Origin: an uncultured Candidatus Saccharibacteria bacterium
Lineage (GTDB): Bacteria; Patescibacteriota; Minisyncoccia; Phycocordibacterales; PALSA-1337
DNA: 64,000 nt
NCBI GenBank assembly: GCA_964357605.1
Contig: CAYHLX010000004.1
Span: 1,081 to 65,080 of the forward strand
Reading direction: 5' to 3'
Shown here piece by piece: positions 7,823 to 18,451 of the stretch; the first letter of the stretch is position 1; every line of letters begins with the position of its first letter. The position numbers and the translations under genes were made by a program. The notes beneath the pieces were generated by a model, which had not been told where the DNA came from, searched no databases, and was given only the letters and a program-made list of their open reading frames with translations.

Positions 7823-9766
7823 CTACTGCCTCACCACCTCATCTCCATCTCTAAATGTAGAATCTGCAGAAAATCTAGTATTCAAAGCACCTTGAGCTCT
7901 GGTCAAATTTTGTTCTGTGAAATCATCATGCGCAGTGAGAGTACTCTGTCCCATAATCACCGGTGTCTGCCCGATTTGAGCGACACTTGGTTTAAAGGCC
8001 ACCTGAAAAGCGACTTGTCTTCGGCGTTTATTGTTTATGGTATAAGTATCAACACTACCCACTTTCCAAGTGATCTCCCCAGTCCCCTTATCGTAAACAA
8101 TACTTTCATCCGTAGGATTAGCCTGTCCACGCCATGTCACATAGGCCGGCAAAGAAGATTTAACCTCTACACCAGAAAGAGTGCTTGACGTATTATCTAC
8201 TGTCCACACAATGGTATAGGTAGTCTCTTGCTCTGCTCTAGGAGGTACAGGACCAATATTAGTAAAGGGGCTTCCAGTACGGATAATCTGAGCGGAGACA
8301 GAAGGATTTGAAGAAATTTTTATAACCCTAGTTGCACTTGATATTAACTGTTCTGGAACATTGCTTTCGGACACTCGTTTACCCCTTACATCTACAATTA
8401 ATGACAGGGTCGGATTCGCGACCGTCTTAAAGGTCGTGCTCGTATCTCTAGGAGTAAGATTGAATGTTACTTTCCCCTCTTCTCCAGCACCTACATTTCC
8501 CAGATTAGGAGTGGTAATTCTATTCCAAACTATGGTGTTATCCGCTGATTGGTACAATCCTTGGCCAGGAGACACGGAAAACTTATCGAAAGCATTGCCA
8601 GATAATTTGATATAGACTTCCCCATCGGTAATCGCCGTCGGCAGATTATTGAACCATGATATGTCAGTCTTTATAGATTCATTAAACTCTCCAATAAATT
8701 CTTTAATGCCCATAGAATCTTCCAAAGCAATACCAACGGTGATGAATGGTTTCTTGATAGTCAATTCCTGTATATGTGAAATAAACTCGGTACCAATGAT
8801 CGGTATTTGTGATCCTTGACCACTTTCTGAGCCCACAATAAACCTGAAAGCTCTCGTTTCATCATCTTGACCTTCGAGTTTACCATTCACGATGATAGAC
8901 CTCTTTCCTCCAGGAGGAATATCCCCTATTCTCCAAGATGAATTGTTTCCTGATGTCTTAACGTCTGACGAAAGGTAAGTAAAACCAAATGGATAAATAG
9001 CCTTTAGAGTAATATTTTTTAATGTTTCCTGTGAATTAGAAATTAGGGTAATCTTGGTATCAAAAGTTTGTCCAGAAGTAATCTCCTTAAAAGACTCGAC
9101 AGAAAGTGAAAGAGGAGATGAGCTCAAGAGAACATCAAAAGATTTTTGTTTCTGAAAAATAGCGTTGGAACCTTTTACCTTATAGGAAGTAGTGATGATG
9201 ATGGTCTTTTTACTATTCTCTTGTCCATAGACGATAGCTTGAACAGTCTTTTGAGCAACACCACCCGCTTCTATATCATTCATAAGTTCACGAAACTGTT
9301 TTAATTCCTTCGTATCATCAGCAGGATCTACGGTACCGGAAGGAAAATCCACCACAAAATCTACGTTCTCTAACTTGATGTTATTTTTATTGATCACCTG
9401 CACATCAAAGGTCACAGGCGTACCACCAGAAACAGACACGGGGCCACTCACCGTGATATCGATATTATTTGTAGAAACGATATTTGAACCATTGAAAACA
9501 AGGTAAGTGCCTATTCCAACAGCTAACACAAAAAAGACAGTTGATGCAATAAAAAGTTTAGTCAAAAATGACATGGAATGATCTTCATATCTCTTATTAA
9601 GTAGAATGTCCTCATCATTTTCTGGTGGATGCTCCCAATCTGTTTGTATTCCTTCCGTATCTGGTTTTTCAAAGTGAAGCCTACGCTTAGTCCTCACGAG
9701 AGGAGCATTGCGAGAATAGAGAGATTTTTTAAGTTCTTCAATTTGACTTCGATCCTGCTCTGACAT
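7823..9766 (-). CDS. Hypothetical membrane-anchored extracytoplasmic protein
   Basis: 647 aa. One N-terminal TM helix (LFIASTVFFVLAVGIGTYLVF) and a long beta-rich ectodomain. Confidence 0.45.
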   Translation of the reverse strand: MSEQDRSQIEELKKSLYSRNAPLVRTKRRLHFEKPDTEGIQTDWEHPPENDEDILLNKRYEDHSMSFLTKLFIASTVFFVLAVGIGTYLVFNGSNIVSTNNIDITVSGPVSVSGGTPVTFDVQVINKNNIKLENVDFVVDFPSGTVDPADDTKELKQFRELMNDIEAGGVAQKTVQAIVYGQENSKKTIIITTSYKVKGSNAIFQKQKSFDVLLSSSPLSLSVESFKEITSGQTFDTKITLISNSQETLKNITLKAIYPFGFTYLSSDVKTSGNNSSWRIGDIPPGGKRSIIVNGKLEGQDDETRAFRFIVGSESGQGSQIPIIGTEFISHIQELTIKKPFITVGIALEDSMGIKEFIGEFNESIKTDISWFNNLPTAITDGEVYIKLSGNAFDKFSVSPGQGLYQSADNTIVWNRITTPNLGNVGAGEEGKVTFNLTPRDTSTTFKTVANPTLSLIVDVRGKRVSESNVPEQLISSATRVIKISSNPSVSAQIIRTGSPFTNIGPVPPRAEQETTYTIVWTVDNTSSTLSGVEVKSSLPAYVTWRGQANPTDESIVYDKGTGEITWKVGSVDTYTINNKRRRQVAFQVAFKPSVAQIGQTPVIMGQSTLTAHDDFTEQNLTRAQGALNTRFSADSTFRDGDEVVRQ

Positions 9767-9781
9767 AGCTATATCATTATA

Positions 9782-10339
9782 TCATAGGTGGCTTTCCTTT
9801 AACGCATTGTTAATCTCCTTTATCGCAATTGTCTTAATCTTTCTCATTTCTCCAATGACCTCTTTGGTAAAATCATTATTAAGGAGAAATATTTCCAGTA
9901 AATTACTTTTAGAGATATAACCGAGAGAATGGAGTAGTCTAAGCATTATGATACACTCTACAATTTCAGCTTCTTCTTCAGCAAAAGGCAAGTTGTACAA
10001 AGCCTCTACTATTTCAAACAATTTTTCATTCTTTTCTTCACCAGTGAGCATTCTTTTAAGGACCTGGAGCACTCTCACAAAAAGAGGTGTTGGGGTTCTT
10101 TTTCTATCTCCCTCCACCGCCCCGGTCAACCTCCACATCTCTTTGCCACGAACCAAGGAAACATTGACGAAAGCATAATCTTGCAAATGATACCTTAGTT
10201 TTGAGCTAGACAGACGTACCCCCTGTGCCGTGGCCCAGAGCATGCCAAAATCTCGAGTAAAAAGTAGGAGTGATTTACCCGCTTCCCCATTGGCTGTGCT
10301 ATGGATAACAAAGGCAGGTGTAGTGTAGATATGATGCAT
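9782..10339 (-). CDS. recO: DNA repair protein RecO (short form)
   Basis: The N-terminal OB-fold pattern AFVIHS..GE..K.LLLFT...G.LWA.AQG matches RecO. Confidence 0.55.
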   Translation of the reverse strand: MHHIYTTPAFVIHSTANGEAGKSLLLFTRDFGMLWATAQGVRLSSSKLRYHLQDYAFVNVSLVRGKEMWRLTGAVEGDRKRTPTPLFVRVLQVLKRMLTGEEKNEKLFEIVEALYNLPFAEEEAEIVECIIMLRLLHSLGYISKSNLLEIFLLNNDFTKEVIGEMRKIKTIAIKEINNALKESHL

Positions 10340-10344
10340 GAGAT

Positions 10345-13300
10345 CTACTTATCAATACTCATTTTGAGAGCAAATTCTCCGATCGTCATAATTTCCCCTT
10401 CTAGATTTTCAAACTTTAAATCTTTCAGGAGAGTAGTTGAGAAAATGGAATTTTTATTTTTCATGATTAACTCTTGGGCTTTTGAATCTGCATCGATCTT
10501 AAGTATGATCTTATCTTGTATTGTAAAACCTTTCTCTTTTCTAAGGTCCTGAATAGTTCTAGTAAGTTCGCGAACAACTCCTTCTTCCTTCAATTCTGCA
10601 GTCAAAACTATGTCTAGCACAACCTCCTCCAAGATCGCTACGTCTGTGACCACCTCTTTAACATTTACCTCATCTTGAATAATCTTGACAAGATGAGCTG
10701 GAAATAAACCTTTGACAGTAAGTTTAGCCAATGGCTGTCTAACATTTATTTTAGCTTTCATACGGGCCTCGAGTCCTGTAGACGCTATCTGCCTTACTTC
10801 TTTCATATCAGAAAGAATTTTTTCATCTGGCTTTTTTAACTCTGGCCATTCCTCTAAATGAACACTTTCTTTTTCCCCTTTTACTCTCTGGTAGACATCT
10901 TCTGCTAGAAAAGGCATGAAAGGAGCTAACAGTTTAGAGAGATCCAAAAGAATCTTTCTTGTTGTAGAAAGAGCAGATCCCCTTTCATTGGCATCATCAT
11001 TCTTAAATCTATCCCGTGATCGACGAACATACCAAGTAGAAAGATCATCAATAAACTCGGCAAATGGTCTGGTCGCCCGATCTACTTCGTATTTTTCAAG
11101 GTTATCAGTCACCTCTTTACTCAACTCAGAAAGTCTCGCCGTAATCCATAAATCCAGAGGATCAACACTTTCAACTTCACTGGGAACATTTTTTGAGTAC
11201 ATCTCGTAGAAAGTCACGACGTTGTTCAAACGTCCAATATGTTTTTTAACAACCTCATCGACTCCCCGTTCGGAAAAACAAACATCTTGACTTCTCACCA
11301 CCGGAGATGACATCAGGAAATAACGCAGAGCATCCGCTCCATACTTATTTATCACCAAATTCAAATCAGGATAGTTTTTCTCCCTTTTCGACATCTTCCT
11401 ACCATCTTCTGCTAATACGAGACCATTGACCACCACTTTCTTGTATGGTGCTCTGCCAAACAAAGCCACTCCCAAAACCATCATAGAGTAGAACCATCCT
11501 CTGGTCTGATCCAAACCTTCGGCAATGAAATCGGCTGGATATCCCTTGGTCTTACCTAAAATCTTAGTAAATGGACCTGGTTTGGGGTTAAAATCACATT
11601 TTTCAAATGGATAGTGAGCTTCTCCAAAAGGCATGGAGCCAGATTCAAACCAGCAATCAAAAACTTCTGGAATTCTCGTAAGCTTATTTCCTTTTTCAGA
11701 AACAAGTTTCAGGTCATCAATGTATGGACGGTGGAGATCTGTTTCATATTCAGCATTATGTGGAAGCGGGTGAAAATCAAGCTTTCGGGGTTTGGCATTT
11801 TCATTGTAGTGATCACTGTGTCCCCTAAATAGAATAGATTCTATTCTATCCAAACCCCTCACCACAGTCTCCAAGAGAAAAAGGGGGGTGTCATGAGAAA
11901 TAATCAAGATATTTTTTCCTACATATTTCTTTTCTAGATCATAGAGCACCTCGCCCATTCTTTTTTTTATTTCTGTATAGTTCTCTCCGCCTTCAGGGAC
12001 ATCTATAAACCGATCTGCTTCTTTAAAGTGTGTCACAAAATCATGAAAGTTTTTGCCATTCCAGATTCCCGCATTTAATTCCTTCAATCTTTCATCAGTC
12101 AAAATATTTTTTCCATCAAGCCCTATTTCTCTGGCCACAATTTCTGAGGTCTGTTGTGTCCTCGGAAAAGGAGAGGTTACGATGAGATCTATTTTTTTAT
12201 CTTTCAGCCACTTTCCAGCTTCCTTGGCTTGTTTTTTTCCTTTTTCAGTTAGGTTGTGAGGATTGCTGGCGAGCGAACTGATCATAGAGGTGACGTTGTT
12301 GTCTGCTTCCCCATGGCGACTGACATAATAAGTATTTTTCGCATGGCTGTATTTTTTTAAGTCGGCAATGGAAGAGAGGATGTGACATGTGTCAGTTTTC
12401 TCTTCTCTCCAGACTGGCAATGGTGCTCCCCAGAAACGAGACCGCGAAATCGCCCAATCACGAGCACCCAAAAGCCAATTACCAAACCTCCCCTCTCCGA
12501 CTTCAGCTGGTGTCCATTTTACTTTTTTATTTTCTTTAACTAATTTATCTTTTAGATCTGTCACTTTTACAAACCAGGATGAAGAAGCATAATTTAAAAG
12601 TGGAGTATCACAACGCCAACAGTGTGGGTATGAGTGGATTAGTTTTTCTTTGGCAAAAAGAGTACCGTGAGCGGCAAGGTATTTGATGATCTCGATATCG
12701 GCTTTTTGATGTTTGTCTTTTTCTTCTTCGGTGGATTTCGGTTTGACATCAAGACCTACAAAATCCGTCACTTCTGATTTAAATTTACCATTTGTTCCAA
12801 CATGTTGAACAAAGGGTAAATTGTGTTTAAGAGATAACTCGTAGTCATCCGCCCCAAAGGCCGGAGCAATGTGCACGATCCCTGTTCCGTCCTCTGTCGT
12901 GACAAAATCACCCCCATAAACTTTCCAACCATTTTCCTTATTTTTTAATTTTGTATCTTTAGAATAGTAATCAAAAACTGGTTTGTATGATTTTCCAATA
13001 AGATCTTTTCCCTTGATTTCAGAGATTTGAGTATGATCAATTTTTATGGCAGATAGTCTAGATTTAGCGACATAGAAAAAATCGTTGTTTATTTTTATTT
13101 TGACATACTCAACCTCTGGACTAACGGCGAGAGCCACATTTCCAGGCAAGGTCCACGGTGTGGTTGTCCAGGCCAGAAAATAAGTACCCGGTTCATCAAC
13201 AAGCTCAAACTTCACATAGACAGAAATATCGGTGATGTCTTTATATCCTTGGCTCACCTCAAAATTGGAAAGAGTGGTCTCGCAACGCGGGCAGAGATTC

Positions 13301-13833
13301 ATAGACTTGAACCCTTCGTAAACCAAACCTTTCTTGTGTAATTCAGCAAAAGCCCACCAAACCGATTCTGTATACGTCGTATCCATGGTTCGATAATCAT
13401 TTTCCATATCTACAAAACGGCCAAGTCTGGGAATGATTCTTCTCCAATCATCGGCATATCTCATGACACTAGCTCGAGCTTTTTCATTAAATTTTTCTAT
13501 GCCATACTCAACGATATCTTTTTTTGAGGCGAGATTTAATTCTTTTTCTACAATATTTTCCACTGGCAAACCGTGACAATCCCAACCCCATCTACGACGT
13601 ACACGATAACCCTTCATCGTCTTGTATCGTGGAATCAGATCCTTTACCGTCCCCGGTACGACATGACCATAATGCGGTTCCCCAGTGGCAAAAGGAGGAC
13701 CGTCATAAAAGATAAAATCACCCTTGGGAGATTCTTTCTCAAGAGTTTTTTTGAAAATACCCTTTGCTTGCCAAAATTCCAGGATTTTCTCTTCAGTTAG
13801 GGCAACTTTACTTTTTTCCATATTAAATGCCAT
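10345..13833 (-). CDS. ileS: Isoleucyl-tRNA synthetase (type 2, eukaryote-like) with an inserted histidine-phosphatase (PGAM-like) domain
   Basis: DGPPFATGEPHYGH, zinc knuckles CPRC/CWRC around the CP1 editing domain, and KMSKR. About 200 aa (aa 495-690, nt 11764..12351) with RHGEADNN...LTEKGKKQA...ISHD lie between WGAPLPVW and TDLHRPY. One continuous frame. Confidence 0.85.
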   Translation of the reverse strand: MAFNMEKSKVALTEEKILEFWQAKGIFKKTLEKESPKGDFIFYDGPPFATGEPHYGHVVPGTVKDLIPRYKTMKGYRVRRRWGWDCHGLPVENIVEKELNLASKKDIVEYGIEKFNEKARASVMRYADDWRRIIPRLGRFVDMENDYRTMDTTYTESVWWAFAELHKKGLVYEGFKSMNLCPRCETTLSNFEVSQGYKDITDISVYVKFELVDEPGTYFLAWTTTPWTLPGNVALAVSPEVEYVKIKINNDFFYVAKSRLSAIKIDHTQISEIKGKDLIGKSYKPVFDYYSKDTKLKNKENGWKVYGGDFVTTEDGTGIVHIAPAFGADDYELSLKHNLPFVQHVGTNGKFKSEVTDFVGLDVKPKSTEEEKDKHQKADIEIIKYLAAHGTLFAKEKLIHSYPHCWRCDTPLLNYASSSWFVKVTDLKDKLVKENKKVKWTPAEVGEGRFGNWLLGARDWAISRSRFWGAPLPVWREEKTDTCHILSSIADLKKYSHAKNTYYVSRHGEADNNVTSMISSLASNPHNLTEKGKKQAKEAGKWLKDKKIDLIVTSPFPRTQQTSEIVAREIGLDGKNILTDERLKELNAGIWNGKNFHDFVTHFKEADRFIDVPEGGENYTEIKKRMGEVLYDLEKKYVGKNILIISHDTPLFLLETVVRGLDRIESILFRGHSDHYNENAKPRKLDFHPLPHNAEYETDLHRPYIDDLKLVSEKGNKLTRIPEVFDCWFESGSMPFGEAHYPFEKCDFNPKPGPFTKILGKTKGYPADFIAEGLDQTRGWFYSMMVLGVALFGRAPYKKVVVNGLVLAEDGRKMSKREKNYPDLNLVINKYGADALRYFLMSSPVVRSQDVCFSERGVDEVVKKHIGRLNNVVTFYEMYSKNVPSEVESVDPLDLWITARLSELSKEVTDNLEKYEVDRATRPFAEFIDDLSTWYVRRSRDRFKNDDANERGSALSTTRKILLDLSKLLAPFMPFLAEDVYQRVKGEKESVHLEEWPELKKPDEKILSDMKEVRQIASTGLEARMKAKINVRQPLAKLTVKGLFPAHLVKIIQDEVNVKEVVTDVAILEEVVLDIVLTAELKEEGVVRELTRTIQDLRKEKGFTIQDKIILKIDADSKAQELIMKNKNSIFSTTLLKDLKFENLEGEIMTIGEFALKMSIDK

Positions 13834-13843
13834 TTTAGCATTT

Positions 13844-15556
13844 TTACATCTTTTCTGGAACTTTTATGCCGAGAACCCAGAGACCATTCGTGAGGACATG
13901 AACAAAAGCTTTGGTCAGAGCAACTCTATAAGGTGAGAATGGGTCTGTCTCATCAATGATCTTGTTCGTTGCGTAATATGAGTTAAAAGCCGAAGACAGC
14001 TCCACCAGGTAGGTCACAGTGTGATGTGGGGCATATTCCAAACGAGATCGCTCTATGACTTCAGGAAAACGTACCAACATCCTTTCTAACAACTCTACTT
14101 TTTCCGGCATATTTTTTATTTTTGTAGAGATATCTGCCTCTAGAGCTTTCCTTATCACCGCTTCTGCTCTGACGCAAGCATACTGAAGATATGGTCCAGA
14201 ATCTCCCTCAAAAGAAACTGTTTTATCGGGATCATAAGTGATGTCGCCACCAATCGCCTGTCGCAAGACTACATATTTGAGAGCAGCCATTGCTACAATC
14301 TCCGCGACTACTTCTTTTTCATTTTCCTTCCACTCCCTATCTTTCATTTTTCCCATAACCAAAGATTCGAACTCCTTAATCAGATTTTCTGCAGAAACAA
14401 TATTCCCTTTTCTCGATGACATCTTGCCAGAGGTAGGGCGAAGTAGACCATGACTTAAATGTTTCATTCTAGAAGCAATGTTCGGATAGAGACATTCCAC
14501 GGTTTTGATCAGAACCTTGAAATAGTCACTTTGCTCATTGGCGGTAATCACCACTGATTCTCTCAAGTCCGGGTGCAAATCAAATTTCTTCTTAGTTAGT
14601 CCTAGTTCTTTAGCTTCATAAGTTGGTAAGCCTTCTGAGTTAATAAAAACTCTGGTATGCAATCCATGTTTTTCTCCAGGAAAAACGATCGCTCCTTGGC
14701 TTTCTTCAAATACACCTTTTTTGATAAATTCTTTGACTATTTTTACACCATCGAGAGCCACTTCACTCTCTGGGAAATATTCGTCAAAACTGGTGCCTAA
14801 TTTTCGGTAGATAGTTTCAAAATACTCTAGACTCCAACTTTTGCCGAGATCATAAAAAGAATTTATTTCTGGGTCTGATTTTTCAAATATTTTCTTATTT
14901 ATTTCAACAATCTCCTTCTTGACTGATTCATTTTCATAACTATTTGCCCCAAGGACATACATTTCGCCTAAAAATTCTATCCTAGAGACTAACAATATTT
15001 TTTCACTGGGAAATTTTTCTTTGTTCTGCAAGAGAGCCCACATGGTCTTGGCCACATGTAAACCTACATCACCATAATAGTTGGCCCTTATCACTTCTGC
15101 TCCAGAAAATTCGATGAAACGAGAAATCGATTCTCCGATTGTGTTGGACATGAGATGACCGATATGAAAAATCTTGAAGGGATTAGGGTCGGTATACTCA
15201 ACCATCACTTTTTTCCCCTTATCACAATTCCCTTTTCCAAAATCTCCATCAATCTTTAAAACTTCTTTAGAAAAGTATGAATCAACTATTTTAAAATTTA
15301 TAAATCCGGGACCGGCAATCTCCACCACACAAACTTCAGCTGGTAAATTTTTCTTGAGCTCAACCATGATATTTTCGGCTAAAGCTTTTGGACTGCTCTT
15401 GACTATTTTGGAATATACTAGGGCGATGTTTGAGGAAAAATCACCATGATTAATATCATCTGGATGTTCCAAATTGATCTCCGGATCAATGATTCCAACC
15501 TTATCTGAAGCCGCCTTTAAGCTATTCTTTATTTTCTGTTCTATATTTTGTCTCAC
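13844..15556 (-). CDS. argS: Arginyl-tRNA synthetase
   Basis: FHIGHLMSNTIG (HIGH region) and the C-terminal DALR-domain motif GPYLQYACVRA. Confidence 0.9.
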   Translation of the reverse strand: MRQNIEQKIKNSLKAASDKVGIIDPEINLEHPDDINHGDFSSNIALVYSKIVKSSPKALAENIMVELKKNLPAEVCVVEIAGPGFINFKIVDSYFSKEVLKIDGDFGKGNCDKGKKVMVEYTDPNPFKIFHIGHLMSNTIGESISRFIEFSGAEVIRANYYGDVGLHVAKTMWALLQNKEKFPSEKILLVSRIEFLGEMYVLGANSYENESVKKEIVEINKKIFEKSDPEINSFYDLGKSWSLEYFETIYRKLGTSFDEYFPESEVALDGVKIVKEFIKKGVFEESQGAIVFPGEKHGLHTRVFINSEGLPTYEAKELGLTKKKFDLHPDLRESVVITANEQSDYFKVLIKTVECLYPNIASRMKHLSHGLLRPTSGKMSSRKGNIVSAENLIKEFESLVMGKMKDREWKENEKEVVAEIVAMAALKYVVLRQAIGGDITYDPDKTVSFEGDSGPYLQYACVRAEAVIRKALEADISTKIKNMPEKVELLERMLVRFPEVIERSRLEYAPHHTVTYLVELSSAFNSYYATNKIIDETDPFSPYRVALTKAFVHVLTNGLWVLGIKVPEKM

Positions 15557-15794
15557 TCAATCATTCTAACATTAAAACTGTTATTTGCGTCAAAATTTGA
15601 CTTTTTTAGAAATTCTGTTATCTTACAGAAAGTGATTTGAACCTTCCGGTGAGATCAGAGACAAGTGATGTGCGTTGCCAAACCTCCATCACCAAAGCAA
15701 TGGCACGCTGTTCGTGCCTAAAAGTCTCTTCGATCTCCCACCCTTCCTTGTTCCGTTCTGCCGACGGATTGAGGAAGGGTTAATTTTTTATGTA

Positions 15795-16997
15795 CTATTT
15801 CTTTCGCAAGATCTGATCTATCCTCTCCGCAATCTTTTTCATGTCTTTTTCTTTTTTCCCACGAGTAGTTTCCGCCGCGGTTCCTAAGCGGATACCAGAG
15901 GGATCAAGTGGCGATCGTGTATCAAAAGGGATAGTATTTTCATTTACAATGATTCCCGCCGCCTCGAGTCTGTCGGCGGCCTCTCTTCCGCCCATTCCTT
16001 TTCCATTTTCCCAAACATCAACTCGAAGAAGATGGGTCTCGGTTCCTCCTTCCACTATTCTCCAACCTAGACGAGACAGTTCGTCGGAGAGAGCTTTGGC
16101 ATTCTTCTTGACCTGAGCTGTATATTTTCTGAAAGCAGGAGTCATTGCTTCCTTGAGAGCTATTGCCACAGCCGCAATCTGATTGAAGTGAGGGCCTCCC
16201 TGAAGACCGGGAATTATAGCCTTGTCAATGAGCGTAGTAAATGAAATTTCCTTTCCCTTTGAATTGGTCCTGGTCTTATTCTTTCTTGAAAAAATGATAG
16301 CCGAACGGGGTCCACGAAGAGTCTTGTGAGTGGTAGTCGTCACGATATCGGCATAAGGAAAAGGAGACGGATACGCTTTGCCCGCGACAAGTCCCCCGAA
16401 ATGAGACATGTCGATCATCAGAATTGCTCCGCAGGCATCTGCTATTTCCCTGAATTTACTGAAATCAATGATGTGGGCGTACGCAGTAAATCCGGCGACA
16501 ATAAGTTTCGGATTTTCAGCCAGGGCCATCTGCTTGATTTCTTCATAATCCAAGAGTTCGGTGTCCTTGTTCACTCCGTAGAGAACTGAATTCCAAAACT
16601 TTCCTGTCATGGAGACTTTTTGCCCATGAGTAAGGTGCCCTCCATGACTGAGTGTCATTCCCATAATTTTTTCTCCTGGCGGCACAAGAGCAGAATATAC
16701 TGCAAGATTTGCAGGAGAGCCGGAGAGCGGCTGAACATTCACCCCCCACTCGCTTTCTTTGAGGTCGAATAACTGTCGCGCTCTTTCCTGAGCGATTGTT
16801 TCTATTTTATCAACTATTACTGTTCCCCTATAATAACGCTGGCCCGGATAGCCTTCTCCATATTTATTGGTAAGTTCAGACCCAAGAGCTTCGAGAACAT
16901 CCTTAGAAACATAGTTTTCTGATGCAACAAGGTTCACCACACTCTTCTGGCGCTTTTTTTCAATGTCTATTAATTTTTTAATTTGAATATCTTTCAT
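15795..16997 (-). CDS. glyA: Serine hydroxymethyltransferase
   Basis: LVASENY, PLP-lysine region TTTTHKTLRGPR. Confidence 0.95.
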   Translation of the reverse strand: MKDIQIKKLIDIEKKRQKSVVNLVASENYVSKDVLEALGSELTNKYGEGYPGQRYYRGTVIVDKIETIAQERARQLFDLKESEWGVNVQPLSGSPANLAVYSALVPPGEKIMGMTLSHGGHLTHGQKVSMTGKFWNSVLYGVNKDTELLDYEEIKQMALAENPKLIVAGFTAYAHIIDFSKFREIADACGAILMIDMSHFGGLVAGKAYPSPFPYADIVTTTTHKTLRGPRSAIIFSRKNKTRTNSKGKEISFTTLIDKAIIPGLQGGPHFNQIAAVAIALKEAMTPAFRKYTAQVKKNAKALSDELSRLGWRIVEGGTETHLLRVDVWENGKGMGGREAADRLEAAGIIVNENTIPFDTRSPLDPSGIRLGTAAETTRGKKEKDMKKIAERIDQILRKK

Positions 16998-17085
16998 AGA
17001 TAATTAGAGATTAAGGGAATAATATCTGCTGATTGAAAGATAGGGAGTTAAATCATGGCAATTATTTAATACCGATAGTCTAGCA

Positions 17086-17508
17086 CTATTTCCCAGTGCT
17101 TCCAAATCCCCCCTTACCCCTCGCCGTCTCTGAAAGTTCCTCTACTTCTTCAAGTTCAACATATTCAATCTTTTGAATAAGCAGTTGAGCTATCTTGTGT
17201 CCTTTCTCAAAAGTAAAAGGGGTGTTTGATAAGTTCATCAACCCGATACTTATTTCACCACGATACCCAGCATCAATCACTCCCCAAAAAGCCTTCAGAC
17301 CATATTTTTGCGACAATCCGCTTTTGTCCCAAACAAGTCCTACATACCCTTGAGGAATTTCCATGGAGAGGCCAGTGGGTATAGATTTTCTCTCCATGGG
17401 AGCCAGTTCAAAAGATTCTAGACAATATAGATCCAGCCCGGCATCTCCTGGATGCGCATAGTTTGGTATCTTGGCTTCTGGATGGACTTTCTTTACTTTA
17501 ATTTTCAT
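17086..17508 (-). CDS. dut: dUTP diphosphatase
   Basis: GVIDAGYRGEI and RGKGGFGSTG motifs. Start taken at MKIKVKK. Confidence 0.85.
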   Translation of the reverse strand: MKIKVKKVHPEAKIPNYAHPGDAGLDLYCLESFELAPMERKSIPTGLSMEIPQGYVGLVWDKSGLSQKYGLKAFWGVIDAGYRGEISIGLMNLSNTPFTFEKGHKIAQLLIQKIEYVELEEVEELSETARGKGGFGSTGK

Positions 17509-17537
17509 GTGAAAGTAATTATAGTACAATAGCCAGT

Positions 17538-18449
17538 ATGAAACCATACAATGAACGAACACCGGATAATCAATACAAAAGATTACTCAAAGATATTCTA
17601 GAAAAAGGAGAACGCTCCAATAGTCAACAGGGGGTTGATACTATTAGCCTCATCGGTCCGGCCCCACTGCGCTTTAGATTTGATAACGGCTTTCCCATGA
17701 TCACAGAAAGAAATATGGCTCCCAAGGAAAATGAAAATCTAAAGGTCACTATTTGGAAACAAGCCATCGGAGAAATCTGCGCCTTTGCAAATGGAGTGCG
17801 AACACAAAAAGGACTGGAGGAATTTGGCTGTTCATGGTGGGCCTCATGGCTCACCGAAGAAAAATGTAAGAAAAGAGGATTAGAAACGGGAGACCTTGGA
17901 CCTGGATCATACGGAGCCGCTTTTCACGACTTTCCCACGGCAGAAGGTGGAACTTACAATCAATTCAAAAATATCATTGAACAGATGAAAGAATTTCCTC
18001 ATCTCAAAACTCATTTCATTAGTCCTTGGATTCCGCAGTATACTATTCGAGGGACCGGTAAGCAGCAGAAGGTGGTGGTCTGTCCTTGTCATGGCTGGAT
18101 TCATTTCAGAATTCTTGATAACAAATTAACCCTTCACCACTTCCAGCGTTCCGGGGATGTTCCTGTTGGCGTCCCTGCCAATATGGTCCAGTATGGTTCC
18201 CTCCTCATGATGGTGGCCCAGATTACTGGTACTATTCCTTATGAATACATCCATAGTTTTTCTGATGCACATATTTTTATTGATCAGGTTCCGGCCGTGG
18301 AGACCATGCTCACTCGAGAATCACGACCATTCCCAACTATGAAAATTGATACTTCCATAAAAGACTTTTTTGATTTTCGCAAAGACCATTTTACTCTAGA
18401 GGATTACAACCCTCACCCGGGAATAAAAGGAATTCCAGTAGCTATATAA
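17538..18449 (+). CDS. thyA: Thymidylate synthase (ThyA type)
   Basis: Catalytic CPCHGW, FQRSGDVPVGVPANM, and C-terminal YNPHPGIKGIPVAI matching E. coli ThyA ...YDPHPGIKAPVAI. Confidence 0.9.
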   Translation: MKPYNERTPDNQYKRLLKDILEKGERSNSQQGVDTISLIGPAPLRFRFDNGFPMITERNMAPKENENLKVTIWKQAIGEICAFANGVRTQKGLEEFGCSWWASWLTEEKCKKRGLETGDLGPGSYGAAFHDFPTAEGGTYNQFKNIIEQMKEFPHLKTHFISPWIPQYTIRGTGKQQKVVVCPCHGWIHFRILDNKLTLHHFQRSGDVPVGVPANMVQYGSLLMMVAQITGTIPYEYIHSFSDAHIFIDQVPAVETMLTRESRPFPTMKIDTSIKDFFDFRKDHFTLEDYNPHPGIKGIPVAI

Positions 18450-18451
18450 TT

